NCBI GenBank assembly: GCA_041690135.1
Contig: JAWLHY010000002.1
Span: 1,221,167 to 1,285,166, forward strand
Direction: 5' to 3'
Length of the DNA: 64,000 bases
Source of the DNA: Armatimonadota bacterium
GTDB lineage: Bacteria > Armatimonadota > SYMT01
Shown: in pieces, positions 33,148-43,844 of the stretch
Position numbering within the stretch: position 1 is the first letter of the stretch
How the letters are laid out: every line of letters starts with the position of its first letter
Notes under the pieces: model-generated
Told to the model about the DNA's origin: nothing
The model's input: only the letters and a program-made list of their open reading frames with translations
Databases searched by the model: none
Position numbers and translations under genes: made by a program

Positions 33148-34077
33148 CTACCGACTTCCGAGACGGCGATACTGTGCGGGCGTAACACCCATGAGGCGGC
33201 GGAACACTTTGCCGAACGCAGTCTCGGACTCGTAGCCGACGGCGTCGGCGACCGCCCCTAGTTTCAAGTCGGGCTGCTCCCGCAGCAGGCTGGCCGCACG
33301 CACCATGCGCCACTCCGTGAGGTGGTCCATCGGCGTGCTCCCCACCAACTCCTTGAACCGGGCCGCGAACGCCGAGCGGGACATGGAGACCGCGTGGGCC
33401 AGCTCCGGCACGGTCCAGGCGCGGCCGGGCTCCGTATACATTAGCCCCAGCGCGGCTCCCATCTGGGCATCCGCGAGGGCTCGCAGCCAACTGGCTTTCT
33501 CCCCCGGAGTGGGTGAGTTGATGCGCGTCCGCAGCGCATGGATGAACAGCACCTCTGCGAGCCGATCCACCACGGCGGACGAGCCCGGCTGGCCCTGCAC
33601 GATCTCCGCCTCCACAAACTGCAGGGTGGATTGGAACCATTGGGGGGAGTGCGCGCCGGGCGTGGATACGTGAATGACCGGCGGCAGGTAGCCCGCCAGC
33701 CACTCGCTTTCCGGGGTGGCGAAGCGGAAACATCCCGCAATCACCGACGTGCGTATCCCGCCTGCGCCATACGTGATGAGTCGAGAGCGCCGGAACTCCT
33801 CCTCCGAGACCATCTCCTCCATGGCGCGCAGATGGATCTCGGGACTGCTCCGGAGGGAGTAGGTTCGGGGGGCCGACAAGAAGACGAAGTCGCCCCCCAC
33901 TAGCGGCACGAGCGGCTCCTGATCGTCCACGCCCAGGAAGCAGGCCCCGCGGGTCACCATCAGGCAGATGCCCTTTTCGCCCGGGAACTGGAACCCCCAG
34001 GGTGCCGCGAACTCCAGCCGCCCGTAGAGCTTCCCTTCCGTCCGGAGCCGATCTGCCATTTCCGAAAGCGGATCCAT
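33148..34077 (-). CDS. AraC family regulator (Cupin_6 plus HTH)
   Basis: MDPLSE, RLAEVLFI, WTVPELA..MSRSAFAARF, VGYESETAF; divergent from the SDR operon. Confidence 0.92.
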   Translation of the reverse strand: MDPLSEMADRLRTEGKLYGRLEFAAPWGFQFPGEKGICLMVTRGACFLGVDDQEPLVPLVGGDFVFLSAPRTYSLRSSPEIHLRAMEEMVSEEEFRRSRLITYGAGGIRTSVIAGCFRFATPESEWLAGYLPPVIHVSTPGAHSPQWFQSTLQFVEAEIVQGQPGSSAVVDRLAEVLFIHALRTRINSPTPGEKASWLRALADAQMGAALGLMYTEPGRAWTVPELAHAVSMSRSAFAARFKELVGSTPMDHLTEWRMVRAASLLREQPDLKLGAVADAVGYESETAFGKVFRRLMGVTPAQYRRLGSR

Positions 34078-34195
34078 AGAGGCAATCCTGGCGTTATGAA
34101 CGCAAAATATGGCGTCTTGACGTCTCATGCGCTGTCGATGCTGGCGTATTATACAGCAGAACCGCAGCGATGTGCTGCGCAATGGAGAGAGAAGA

Positions 34196-34639
34196 ATGAG
34201 AAGCGCTATCGGCAAGAGGCTGGCGACGGATCGCTGGTCGCGTTGGAGCCTGATCGCAGGCATCGCACTTTCCACGGCGCTCGCCGGAATCGCAGGAGGA
34301 CTCCCGGGTGCGCTGGCGGGAGGAACTGCCGCCGTCCGGCCCGAAAGCCCCAGACCGGCGTACGTCATCTTCATCCGGGAGCGGACGCGAGACGCGGCAG
34401 AGCTCAAGACGTACTCGACCAAAGCCGCAGCCTCATTGGAGGGACACCCGGTCACCATGCTGGCGGTCTACGGGCGCCAGGAGGTGCTGGAAGGACCGGA
34501 GACCGAGGGAGTCGTCATCGTGCGCTTCCCCTCCTTCGCGGCAGCGAAGGCGTGGTACGATGGTCCGGCGTATCGCGCGGCACGGGAGCACCGCTTCCAG
34601 GGTGCGGACTACCGCGCCCTCCTCGTGGAGGGCCGCTGA
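34196..34639 (+). CDS. DUF1330 domain protein with N-terminal hydrophobic extension
   Basis: EVLEG, VIVRFPS..AAKAWY..PAY, LVEG; start uncertain. Confidence 0.82.
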   Translation: MRSAIGKRLATDRWSRWSLIAGIALSTALAGIAGGLPGALAGGTAAVRPESPRPAYVIFIRERTRDAAELKTYSTKAAASLEGHPVTMLAVYGRQEVLEGPETEGVVIVRFPSFAAAKAWYDGPAYRAAREHRFQGADYRALLVEGR

Positions 34640-35421
34640 TGTCGCCCGTCGCGAATGAGCTTGTGGGAAAGCGCGCCGTCGTCACAGGGGGAACCCAGGG
34701 CATCGGCGCCGCCATCGTCGAGCGTCTCCACCAGGGCGGGGCGATGGTGATGACCGCGGCCCGCCGCCCGCCGGAGAACCGCTCCGACGCGGCGCTTTTC
34801 GTGGAGGCCGACCTCAGCACCGCGGCGGGGGTGACCCGGCTGGCCGAGGCGGTCCTGGAACAGCTCGGCGGGGTGGACATCCTGGTCCATACCGTGGGCG
34901 GCACCTCGGCGTCGCCCGGAGGAGCCCTCGCGCTGACCGACGCGCAGTGGCAGGCGGACCTGGACCTCAACCTCTTCCCGGCGGTCCGCCTGGACCGGGC
35001 GCTGTTGCCGTCCATGCTGGAGCAGGGCTCCGGCGTGATCGTCCACATCTCCTCGATCCAGACCCGGATGCCGCTGAAGGAGACCGTGGCCTATGCCGCA
35101 GCGAAGGCGGCGCTGAAGAGCTACAGTAAAGCCCTTTCCAACGAGCTCGCGCCGAAAGGGGTCCGCGTGGTCGCGGTCGCGCCCGGGTTCACCGCGACGG
35201 ATGCGGCGGAGCGCCTGCTGGAGCGGATGGCGCGGGAGGCGGGCTCCGACCGCGACGCCGCACTCCAGGTGCTGATGAGCTCACTTGGGGAGATCCCGAT
35301 GAACCGGCCGGCTCTACCTTTCGAGATTGCGGAGGTGGTCGCTTTCGTCGTCTCCGACCGCGCCTCGTACCTCACCGGCACCGAAATCACCGTGGACGGC
35401 GGCACCGTCCCCACCCTCTGA
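34639..35421 (+). CDS. Short-chain dehydrogenase/reductase
   Basis: TGGTQGIG, YAAAKAAL, VDGG. Confidence 0.93.
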   Translation: MSPVANELVGKRAVVTGGTQGIGAAIVERLHQGGAMVMTAARRPPENRSDAALFVEADLSTAAGVTRLAEAVLEQLGGVDILVHTVGGTSASPGGALALTDAQWQADLDLNLFPAVRLDRALLPSMLEQGSGVIVHISSIQTRMPLKETVAYAAAKAALKSYSKALSNELAPKGVRVVAVAPGFTATDAAERLLERMAREAGSDRDAALQVLMSSLGEIPMNRPALPFEIAEVVAFVVSDRASYLTGTEITVDGGTVPTL

Positions 35422-35431
35422 GGAGGCAACG

Positions 35432-35761
35432 ATGACCGACATTCTGAACCCCACCATAGCCGGTTACCTCGCCGATATGAACAATCGCGACAACGAGTCC
35501 CTGGTCCGCCGGTTCACGCCGGAGGCGGTCGTGATCGACGAAGGGGAGACCCACCGCGGTCCCGAGGAGATCCGCCGATGGCTCGCCAGAGTGCAGGCGG
35601 CCTTTGAGTTCACTCTCGAGCCGCTGCGTGCGGAGCAGCAAGGAGACGAAGCCATCGTGACATGCCGGACTACCGGAACCTTTCCGGGCAGTCCGGTGGA
35701 CCTTCGGCACTGTATCACGCTGACGGGCGATCGGATTGCCGCCTTGACGATCCGGGCTTGA
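35432..35761 (+). CDS. SnoaL/NTF2-like protein
   Basis: GGAGG RBS; F..EAVVIDEGETHRG, GTFPGSPVDL. Confidence 0.88.
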   Translation: MTDILNPTIAGYLADMNNRDNESLVRRFTPEAVVIDEGETHRGPEEIRRWLARVQAAFEFTLEPLRAEQQGDEAIVTCRTTGTFPGSPVDLRHCITLTGDRIAALTIRA

Positions 35762-35851
35762 GGCCCGGTGGGGGGGCTCTGTATAAATGCCAGGCGGAGG
35801 GGCTTCCGGGCGGCAGCCCTCTCCGTCTGGCATTCCTGGAATAGGTCGGTA

Positions 35852-36065
35852 TCAGAAGCCCCGGATCGTGCTCATCCCCGGCACCACTAAGCGGCACTGC
35901 CTGCAAAAAAGCGTCGCAGCGGCGTCAGCGGTACTGACCGCGGAGGATCTCCGCGATATCGAGAGGGCGGCGTCCCAGATCCAGGTGCACGGGGCGCGTC
36001 ATTCCGAGGGGCGTTATTCCGAGGGGCGTTACTCCGAGGCCGCGCAGCGCATGATCGACCGCTGA
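35852..36065 (+). pseudogene. Aldo/keto reductase C-terminal fragment
   Basis: IVLIPGTTKR..L....AA...LT.EDL; no N-terminus; internal 15-bp x3 repeat at 35996-36040. Confidence 0.75.
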
Positions 36066-36090
36066 GCTGCGCCTCCGGACCGACGTCAAC

Positions 36091-36187
36091 AGGCGGAAGG
36101 ACCTTCATCCTTCCGCCTCCATTGGCCCAACCTGAGCCACATCCGAATTGGCTAAAGTCCAGAGTGGGAGATGGGACTCGAAACCGC
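36091..36187 (-). repeat. Degenerate tRNA-Gly 3'-end remnant with downstream hairpin (att-like, direct orientation)
   Basis: 36161-36187 matches the tRNA 3' end at 21/27; hairpin AGGCGGAAGGACCTTCATCCTTCCGCCT resembles the one at 57052-57079. Confidence 0.55.
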
Positions 36188-36410
36188 TCCAACGACCCCA
36201 GGAGTTGCTCAAGGTGGGCCAGGGGCTGCCCGGTGGCGACTCGTCGAGCACGTAGTCACCGATGCCCGCACGCGGGCACCCGGCGTCCAGGTGCGTGGCA
36301 AGTTCGAGCCGCTGCCGCTCACCGACGGATAGCGTAGTGAGCGACTGGCCGAAGCGGAGGTAGCCGAGCCCGACGGCTATGTGCGGACTCTTGTTAGCTT
36401 TGGGGCCGGT

Positions 36411-36893
36411 TCAGAGCGTCCGGGCGAGGGCTTCGAGCTGGTTGGTCGTCTGTTTCCAGCCCTCCTGGAAGCCCATCCCCTCATGCTGTTTCCGCGCCTC
36501 CTCGGTCCAGTGCAGGGCGCGCACGACATAGCGGGTCTTGCCGCGTTCATCGGACATCTCGATGATCGTGGTCATGAAAGGGACGACCGCGGGTTCGACG
36601 GCGGGGATCCAACCCGGGGTAAAGGCGTTGGTGAACACCAGCCGCTGCTCCGGAACCGCTTCCAGGAACACTGCGACGCCATCGGACACCTCGCCGTGCG
36701 GACCGTGCATCACGATATGAGATGCGCCGCCGCAGCGCGGCTCCAGAATCTTCACCTCGGTGGTCCAGGACGGGGGTGCGAACCATTGCTCCAGCAGCCT
36801 GGGCTCCGTCCAACAGCGCCACACCTTCGCGCGCGACGCGTCCAGCAGACGCTCCAGCCGTAGTTCGTATTCTCCCGTCCTATCGTGGCACAT
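36411..36893 (-). CDS. SRPBCC/AHSA1 family protein
   Basis: VWRCWTEP..L.QWFAP, RLVFT, HEGMGFQEGW. Confidence 0.88.
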   Translation of the reverse strand: MCHDRTGEYELRLERLLDASRAKVWRCWTEPRLLEQWFAPPSWTTEVKILEPRCGGASHIVMHGPHGEVSDGVAVFLEAVPEQRLVFTNAFTPGWIPAVEPAVVPFMTTIIEMSDERGKTRYVVRALHWTEEARKQHEGMGFQEGWKQTTNQLEALARTL

Positions 36894-37007
36894 CCGATTT
36901 TCTCTACTTCCCCGCGTCTCACCCATTAACGACTGCTTTTCGGAGACGACCAACCGGTCCAGCAGACCCAGTACCTCCCCTTAAACCCCGGACCAACTGC
37001 CTCCGAA

Positions 37008-37349
37008 TCAGCCTGCAGGCAGAGGCAGCCCGAGACGCTCCGCAATCCACGCGGTCTCCCCGGCACTCCAGGGGGGCGGAGGCATCACGGAATAATCGAT
37101 CTCGGAGTCGTAACCACCGCGCTCGTAGGCGAGGGTCATCACCTCCTGCAGATCGAGGGCCGCATCCGGGTCCGGAGGAAGCAGCGGGACTGGCACCACG
37201 GGCAGGGTGTCGGATACCTGGATAGGCCAAACCGGCGCGCGAGGCCGGTTGCTCGCCCGGCTCAGGACGACATAATAGGGGGCCGGGGGTGGCGGCGGCT
37301 CTACGGGGGGACGCTCACCGGAGCGCAGCAGGTCGATCTCCAGCAGTTT
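37008..37349 (-). pseudogene. DUF4058 family 3' fragment
   Basis: LLEIDLLRSG..PVPLLPPDPDAALDLQ..Y..IDY; begins directly after the upstream stop, no N-terminal half. Confidence 0.85.
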
Positions 37350-37739
37350 CTACTTCAACCGCTCCAATTGACCCTTCCGCCGCACCAGGTTCTTGTAGTC
37401 CCACTGGACCTCTCTCGCCTCGGCCAGCCAGCGTGCCAGCTTCTCCGTATCGACCTGCCGCACCTCCGTATACCGGGCTTCCGCCGCCTTGAAGCTGCCT
37501 TCTTTGGCCAGCCCCTCCTGCTGGAATGACTGCCCGCTCCAGAACAGCAGGCGCACGTAGTTCTTCAGCTTGCTGTAACCGACGATGGGGTTCCCCTCCA
37601 GGAACCAGACCGGGTGGGCGTGCCAGACCTTGTTCTCCGCCTCCGGGAGATGGCGCTCGATCTGCTCCGCCAGCAGTTCGCAGATTTCCCGGTCGCCCGG
37701 CGCCTGGGCCTCGTTGTACTTCCTGGTATCGGTGTGCAT
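37350..37739 (-). CDS. DUF1801 (YdhG-like) protein
   Basis: KVWHAHPVWFLEGNPIVGY, LLFWSGQSF, QWDYKN. Confidence 0.88.
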   Translation of the reverse strand: MHTDTRKYNEAQAPGDREICELLAEQIERHLPEAENKVWHAHPVWFLEGNPIVGYSKLKNYVRLLFWSGQSFQQEGLAKEGSFKAAEARYTEVRQVDTEKLARWLAEAREVQWDYKNLVRRKGQLERLK

Positions 37740-37750
37740 AGCTCTTTCTC

Positions 37751-38400
37751 TCATTCCTCCACCGAGATCAGCTCCTGCTCCAGTTCCTCGATCGTGGGGA
37801 GGGCGGTGCGGATCTCCTCCGGAAGGCTACCGGTGAGTTGATAGGTGGAGATCCCCATTGGCGTCGACAAATTCCGGAGTGAGTACTCGACGACCACCTG
37901 GTTCTTCGACTTGCAGAGGAGAAGTCCGATGCTGGTTGCGTCATCGGGATGTCGCAAGAGGTCATCTACCACCGCCTCGATCTCTCGCTCTTCCGCCTCC
38001 TTGCCAAGGGACAGGAAATCGAAGTTGTAAGGGTCTTTGAGGAGCTGTGCGGCCAGATCGGACTGGGGAGCGGGGAGCACCCTCTGGAAGTTGGTAACGG
38101 CTTGCCCCTGGCGTTCGTGAAGGCGGCTCTCGATGTGGATCTCCAGAACATTCCGGCTCCAGCCATACTCAATGGCCTGCCGGGCGTACCAGACACGCTC
38201 ATCCGGGGTGCTCAACCGGTCCAACAGGCGGACATTGTGACCCCAAGGGATTCGTCCAACAACTTGTTGGACAATTGCCTCGTCGGGCCACGCCTCCGCA
38301 AAGGCTCGCATATAAAGCAGGTTGGAACGAGAGAACCCCTTCATGGCGGGGAACTCGTGCCGGAGGTCCTGGGACAGGCGCTCGATGACCTTCGCTCCCC
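37751..38400 (-). pseudogene. DUF1016/YhcG PD-(D/E)xK protein, 5'-truncated with in-frame internal deletion
   Basis: KGFSRSNLLYM, PWGHN, KDPYNFDFL joined almost directly to DD..SIGLLLCK; the central IDLLFY/VIELK block is absent. Confidence 0.8.
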
Positions 38401-38674
38401 TGGGAATTGTGCAACAACCTGTTGCACAGTTCCCCGTGCGGTAGATAGTTTCCCAATGATGCGCGCACGGCCCCACCGAAGTGGCACTCGTCCCTTTCGC
38501 CCCCTTTTCCGCGTCATTCCGCGCATTCCCATACGGGCAAGCTCGCGGGCAATCCAAGATCGCAGTCTCCTTCCGCTCTGCTTTGTTCCTTTCCGCATTA
38601 TTCCGCGTCGTTCCGCGTGTTCCGCGGGCAATCCCGAGCCGCCGGTTCGCTTGGCAATTACAGACAGCCGCAAG

Positions 38675-39298
38675 TCAGGAGCTGACGTAGGCTGCCAGGT
38701 GCTGGCCCGTGAGGGTGGAGCGCGCCGCCACCAGGTCGGCCGGGGTGCCTTCGAACACGACCCGACCGCCGTCGTGGCCGGCGCCGGGCCCGAGGTCGAT
38801 GATCCAGTCCGCGTGGGCCATCACTGCCTGGTGGTGTTCGATCACGATTACGGACTTTCCGGAGTCGACTAGCCGGTCCAGCAGCCCCAGCAGTTGCCGG
38901 AGGTCGGCCAGGTGGAGGCCGGTGGTCGGTTCGTCGAGGACGTAGACTCCGCCGTCGGTGCCCATGTGCGTCGCAAGCTTGAGCCGCTGCCGCTCGCCGC
39001 CGGAGAGGGTGGTGAGGGGTTGGCCCAGGCGCACGTAGCCGAGGCCCACGTCCGCCAGGCGCCGCAGGATCGCGTGCGCGGCGGGAGTCTTCGCGGGGCC
39101 GCCGGCGAAGAACTCCTCGGCCTCGGTCACCGGGAGGTCGAGCACCTCGGCGATGTGGAGACCACCCAGGCGGTAGTCCAGGACCGCTGCCTGGAACCGC
39201 TTCCCCTCGCAATCCTCGCACACGGTGCTGACGCCGGCCATCGTTACCAGGTCGGTGTAGATCACCCCGGCGCCGTTGCAGGTGGGGCAGGCGCCTTC
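38675..39298 (-). pseudogene. 3' fragment (about 207 codons) of the UvrA-like gene
   Basis: Begins at EGACPTCNG; diverged copy of 45550-46173; LSGGERQR, LDEPTTGLH. Confidence 0.9.
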
Positions 39299-39363
39299 GA
39301 CGAACCGCACTATGTTGGCAACCGCTGCTATGCAGGCTTGACAGCCGGAAGAGGTTATGTCTT

Positions 39364-40632
39364 ATGTCAATGAGTGTGTCGTGGAAGGCGGGAAATACGG
39401 AGATTCTGCAGCGTACCGTCGCGCGGGCGCTGCAGTTCATGAGCGTCCACGAGGGCCAGGTCCTAACCAAAGGAATCGTAGGGCTGGAATTCGCCGACAC
39501 CGTTCTCGCTCATCATCTAGCACTGCCGGGCGTTCGCCAGCGTGACGAGGCTCGTGGGCTGGTACATCAGGCGCTAACGAAGCTGCCGTTACAGCCGCAA
39601 AAGGATCTTCCAACTCTAGCTGCATTGATCGAGGAGGAGCTAAAGCAGCGGACCGCACAGCGTTCGAACGAGTTTCGACTTCTAATGCCGCTGAACGTGC
39701 GTCGCGAGCACGCGGCGAAAAGACGATCCGTCACGTTGCTTGGGACTGAGTTGCGGTTTACCTCATGGCGCCAAATCCGGCGCGGATTTGACTTCGAAGA
39801 ATGGAAAAGGAATATCGAGATCTTCGCTGAATGGCCTCAAGACTTATTCTCGGAACACGTGCCGGTGATGACTAAGATCCGCGCTAGGGATGTTGACACC
39901 GCCCTTCGGGTCGGGTCCGAAGCGTTCGAGATGCTCCGTTCGCTGTTGAACCTTTCCGTTCAGTTCGAGCGCGTGCAGATAGTGTCCGGCGGTCACGTTA
40001 GGCCTTTGGGTGGAATCCTTGAGTGCCCCGTGGGCGGTGTGTTTGACGCCTCCGGAGCATATGTTAACTATTTTACATCGCCGCACTCGTACCGCGGCGA
40101 GGGTTCGGTGAAACGTGACGCGCCATCGTTCGAGCGGATCCGGTTCCTGTTGAAGGCGCTTCGAGATGCGCCGGACGAGAGGAGCACTACGGCGCTGCTG
40201 AGGGACGCGGTTTCCGGCTATGGGAGAGCGCTCGACTCGAGTGCGCCCTGGGAAGCCTTTCTCGCGCTTTGGCAAGTCCTTGAGCGGATTACTTTCCCCG
40301 GCCAAGAGCGTTACGCTATGGACGACGTATGCCGCCGTGCCGCGGTCTTGGTGAGAGGCGAGCCGTTGCTGGAAGATGTTTTGCCGGCTTTGTCGGCAGT
40401 TAGGAACGATCTGGTGCACGCTGGGAAATTCCACGACTGGGGAGACCAAGACGTGCGACTGCTCAAGATGCTAGTGGAGTTCTCCATCCGAGGTCTACTT
40501 CGCATCCGCATGCGCCTGCCGAAAATCGCGGACCTGATGATCTACTACGATCAGTCCCGCGTAGCACGCGGCAACCCGAGGGACCTGGAAGCAAAGATAC
40601 GAATTGGGAAGCTGGTTCTCCGCAGCAAGTAA
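39364..40632 (+). CDS. HEPN-domain protein (ApeA-like), putative defence RNase
   Basis: C-terminal FLALWQVLE helix and RNDLVH (RxxxxH) motif; codon usage differs from flanks. Confidence 0.7.
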   Translation: MSMSVSWKAGNTEILQRTVARALQFMSVHEGQVLTKGIVGLEFADTVLAHHLALPGVRQRDEARGLVHQALTKLPLQPQKDLPTLAALIEEELKQRTAQRSNEFRLLMPLNVRREHAAKRRSVTLLGTELRFTSWRQIRRGFDFEEWKRNIEIFAEWPQDLFSEHVPVMTKIRARDVDTALRVGSEAFEMLRSLLNLSVQFERVQIVSGGHVRPLGGILECPVGGVFDASGAYVNYFTSPHSYRGEGSVKRDAPSFERIRFLLKALRDAPDERSTTALLRDAVSGYGRALDSSAPWEAFLALWQVLERITFPGQERYAMDDVCRRAAVLVRGEPLLEDVLPALSAVRNDLVHAGKFHDWGDQDVRLLKMLVEFSIRGLLRIRMRLPKIADLMIYYDQSRVARGNPRDLEAKIRIGKLVLRSK

Positions 40633-40730
40633 GGGCTGAAGTTGTGGCGCGACGCAACCCCTCGACTTGCTGGTCCTTGCCAGTCATCCGCATCTTCCCG
40701 AGGTAATCCGGCGGCTCCTACACAAAAGCA

Positions 40731-43700
40731 ATGAATTATCCCCAACTCATAGCTCAACTAGCAACTGTGCAGCCGGTCTCCGAGACCGAGGTGCGAACCA
40801 AGATCGCCATACCTCTTTTCTCGGCTCTGGGATGGAAGGATGCCGGTCGAGCCGAAGAGTTCCCGGTTTACGGGCACGGTGGTGGCACGGCGCTCCCGCC
40901 TAAGTTCGCAGACATCCTTTACTTCAGCAGTGACGACCACCCAAGCCATAGAGACCGAAGCCAACGGCAGTGGGTGATGGAACACTCGCTGCTCGTGGTG
41001 GAACTCAAGAAGCCTTCCGAGACCATTGAAGTCGAAGGACAGGCGCAGTTCTACGCAGTCTGGACACGAGCACCGTTCTATGTCATCACGAACGGACGCG
41101 AACTCGCCGTCTACCGCATCGAGCCATTCTTTCATGACGTGTTGGAGCTCTGCTTTCCTCTGTGCGAACTCGCCAGCCACTGGCAGAAACTCAAAGGCCT
41201 GCTTGCTCCAAGCAATGTCGCCGAATACTGTATCGCCAACAAGCTCAAGGCCATCAATCCCGCAGAAAGCAGATACGGGGATTACGTGAGCGCTTCCCTG
41301 CTTCTCTACGATGCCAGACTTCGGCAGTCGCTCTCGCGCTCTGTCACCGCGCACTCCGGGCTGCCCACCCTCGCTGCACCAATCTGCCTCAGCGCGCCCG
41401 ATCCCGCATTTTCAGAGGTGAGTGCAGCGCCCTATGCGGAGGTCGTGGAGCAGCACCGCACTTGTGTACTGCTGTCGGAACCAGGAGGCGGCAAGACCTA
41501 CCTGCTGCAACTCATCGCACGCGACGCGTTCGCCGCCAATCTCCAGTCAGAAGCCAATCCTGTTCCGGTCTTCATCCCGGCGAAGCTTTGGAGCCGCTCG
41601 TTCCGGCACCTCGCCCAGGCGGTTCACCAGGCGGTGCGCCCGTTCTCTCCGGACTCGTTACTAGTGGAGGTCGAGGCCGAACTCCGTGCCGGGAGATTCC
41701 TCATCTTAATTGATGGCTTGGATGAAGTCCTCCAAGCACCTGACGCCCTGACCTACGAAATTCTTCAGATCGCACAGTCGACCCGATCGCGGCTGATCGT
41801 GACGTGCCGCTCCAGCGACTACCATCAGCAGTTGCAAGACCAGTTCGACGCCTTTGTCATCGATCCGCTCACTCCGGAGCAGATTGAGCAGTATGCCTCC
41901 CGGGTCTTGGGCCGAGCCGGCGAGCACTTTCTCTATTCCATCGGCCCCGACCTGTCTGATCTGGTCCGCAACCCACTGCTCCTGATGATGACCATCTTGG
42001 TGATGGACAGAGCGCCAGGACACCGCCTTCCCAAGAACCGCGCTAACCTGTATCGGCACTTCGCTACCCTGCTCCTCACCGAGTGGCAGGCGCGCCGAGC
42101 CGATGAGGGAGCCTTTGTTGTTGATCAGGAAACGAAAGAAGCAGCCCTGGCGCAATACGCCTGGCAGACCCGGAGACGGATCCCCTCCGATCGGGTCCTC
42201 AACGCAGCTATCCAAGCGCAGCATCCGATTTGGCCGGCGCCAATGGTTCGACGGGAGTTGTTGAAGTCTGGGCTTTTGGTTCCCACGGCTCACGGGCCTG
42301 ATTTCTTTCATCCTTCGTTCCGGGAGTTCTTTGCTGCACTTCATCTGGCGACCAGCCCGGACGCAGACGTACGCTCGTTCATCGAGTCGGAGCACCGTGA
42401 CGACCGCAGTAGGGAGGTTTTCGCCTTCCTGGCGGGTCTCCTACAGGATGCTGACCGACAGGCCCTTCTACTCGACTTCTTGGAGGAGGCCAACCTCCGG
42501 CTGTATCGGGCGTGTCTTTTGTCTCGTTTCGAACGGATTACGGGCGGCCCGGCGTCGTGGAGCGCCAGCCAATCCTTTGACTACCTCAACCAACTGCGGC
42601 TCACCTACGAGCGGATCGTCGGCGCGCTGTTTCCTGAGATCAAGCTCTTGCTGCCACCCTGGAACGCTGCGGATGACGTACCCCAAGAAGCGGCATATGG
42701 TTATGAGCTCCAGATCGAGGGCGGAATTGACCCTACGGTTCCTTCTGCGGCCTACGAACTCCGAGCGGTAGCACCGACGGATCCGACACCACGGGTTGTA
42801 GTCAGAGAGTTCCGCGGAGTCCCATTCATCACCATCGGCGGGGCAGATGGTGCACGGCACACCATTGCTCTTTCCAGTTTGTCCCTTGGCAATCAGAGGA
42901 GCCATGACCTTCGTTACGCCGATCAAGGGCTAGATAGTGCTAGGGAGATAGCCTTTAGGGAAATCCGTAAGTCGGTCTACTCTCTTCTTGATGCCCGGAG
43001 GCTCGGATACGCCGCGAGCTACTACCTGATCTGCGAATCGGCGGAGCGTTACCTTCAATCGCTAAACCATGCCGCGAAGCGCAAGCGCAGTGCTGAATTT
43101 AGGGAGCTCCGTGATCTTTCCTTGTACACTGTCCCGCTTGACCACATCCTGCACCTGCTCGTAGGCTGGTATGAGCGGCTCGGTGCTACGCTAGACGTGC
43201 ACGTGCTCATCTATCAGCTCGCCAGCATTAAAGATTCGGGCGTGGAGGTAGCGGACTTCTTGCTTCCTCCTGCGGACCTAACGAAGTCGGAAACTCCGAG
43301 GCGCGCGCGTAATCGTTCTTGGAACACGTGGAGTCTTCCCCAACTCGCTGACCGGATTGCGAAGTTCTACACATGGCATCAGGCGTCGTATCGATATCTG
43401 GTTGAGACTTGCTTCCCCAAGTTTCGGGATGAGCTATTCTTTTACAGCATCGGACCTGTTAAGGTGAAAGCCAACATATACCGCCCCAATAGAGGTACGG
43501 AAGATGGGTGGGTCCGTGTCTTCTGGGAGCCGGTCGCTACTATGCACGAAATGGGAACGGAGATCAGCGTGATCGGCGAACCAGATCGTGAAGAACCGGA
43601 TGATGCGAAGTTTGACCGGCTCGCCGCTAGCTTGCGAGACCTAGGCCGCCCCACACGCGGCCTATCTACCGGAGGGGGACATCGGCTGGAGCACTACTTC

Positions 43701-43778
43701 AGCGGCGGAGACATCCTGCATCAAGAAGTTTACAAGCAACTACGGCGGGACTTTGAGTTGATTCTGGGCCGCGACTAA
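40731..43778 (+). CDS. Restriction-endonuclease-like (HsdR_N) plus NACHT NTPase protein
   Basis: ADILY..VVELKKP..QAQFYA..VITNG; Walker A EPGGGKT; ILIDGLDE; VTCR; NPLLL; FFHPSFREFFAA. Confidence 0.85.
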   Translation: MNYPQLIAQLATVQPVSETEVRTKIAIPLFSALGWKDAGRAEEFPVYGHGGGTALPPKFADILYFSSDDHPSHRDRSQRQWVMEHSLLVVELKKPSETIEVEGQAQFYAVWTRAPFYVITNGRELAVYRIEPFFHDVLELCFPLCELASHWQKLKGLLAPSNVAEYCIANKLKAINPAESRYGDYVSASLLLYDARLRQSLSRSVTAHSGLPTLAAPICLSAPDPAFSEVSAAPYAEVVEQHRTCVLLSEPGGGKTYLLQLIARDAFAANLQSEANPVPVFIPAKLWSRSFRHLAQAVHQAVRPFSPDSLLVEVEAELRAGRFLILIDGLDEVLQAPDALTYEILQIAQSTRSRLIVTCRSSDYHQQLQDQFDAFVIDPLTPEQIEQYASRVLGRAGEHFLYSIGPDLSDLVRNPLLLMMTILVMDRAPGHRLPKNRANLYRHFATLLLTEWQARRADEGAFVVDQETKEAALAQYAWQTRRRIPSDRVLNAAIQAQHPIWPAPMVRRELLKSGLLVPTAHGPDFFHPSFREFFAALHLATSPDADVRSFIESEHRDDRSREVFAFLAGLLQDADRQALLLDFLEEANLRLYRACLLSRFERITGGPASWSASQSFDYLNQLRLTYERIVGALFPEIKLLLPPWNAADDVPQEAAYGYELQIEGGIDPTVPSAAYELRAVAPTDPTPRVVVREFRGVPFITIGGADGARHTIALSSLSLGNQRSHDLRYADQGLDSAREIAFREIRKSVYSLLDARRLGYAASYYLICESAERYLQSLNHAAKRKRSAEFRELRDLSLYTVPLDHILHLLVGWYERLGATLDVHVLIYQLASIKDSGVEVADFLLPPADLTKSETPRRARNRSWNTWSLPQLADRIAKFYTWHQASYRYLVETCFPKFRDELFFYSIGPVKVKANIYRPNRGTEDGWVRVFWEPVATMHEMGTEISVIGEPDREEPDDAKFDRLAASLRDLGRPTRGLSTGGGHRLEHYFSGGDILHQEVYKQLRRDFELILGRD

Positions 43779-43844
43779 CCCAGGTCATCTGTTCACATCG
43801 TGACGAAGAGCAGTGCTTTCCACACGTTGTCCACGAGGCTTTCG

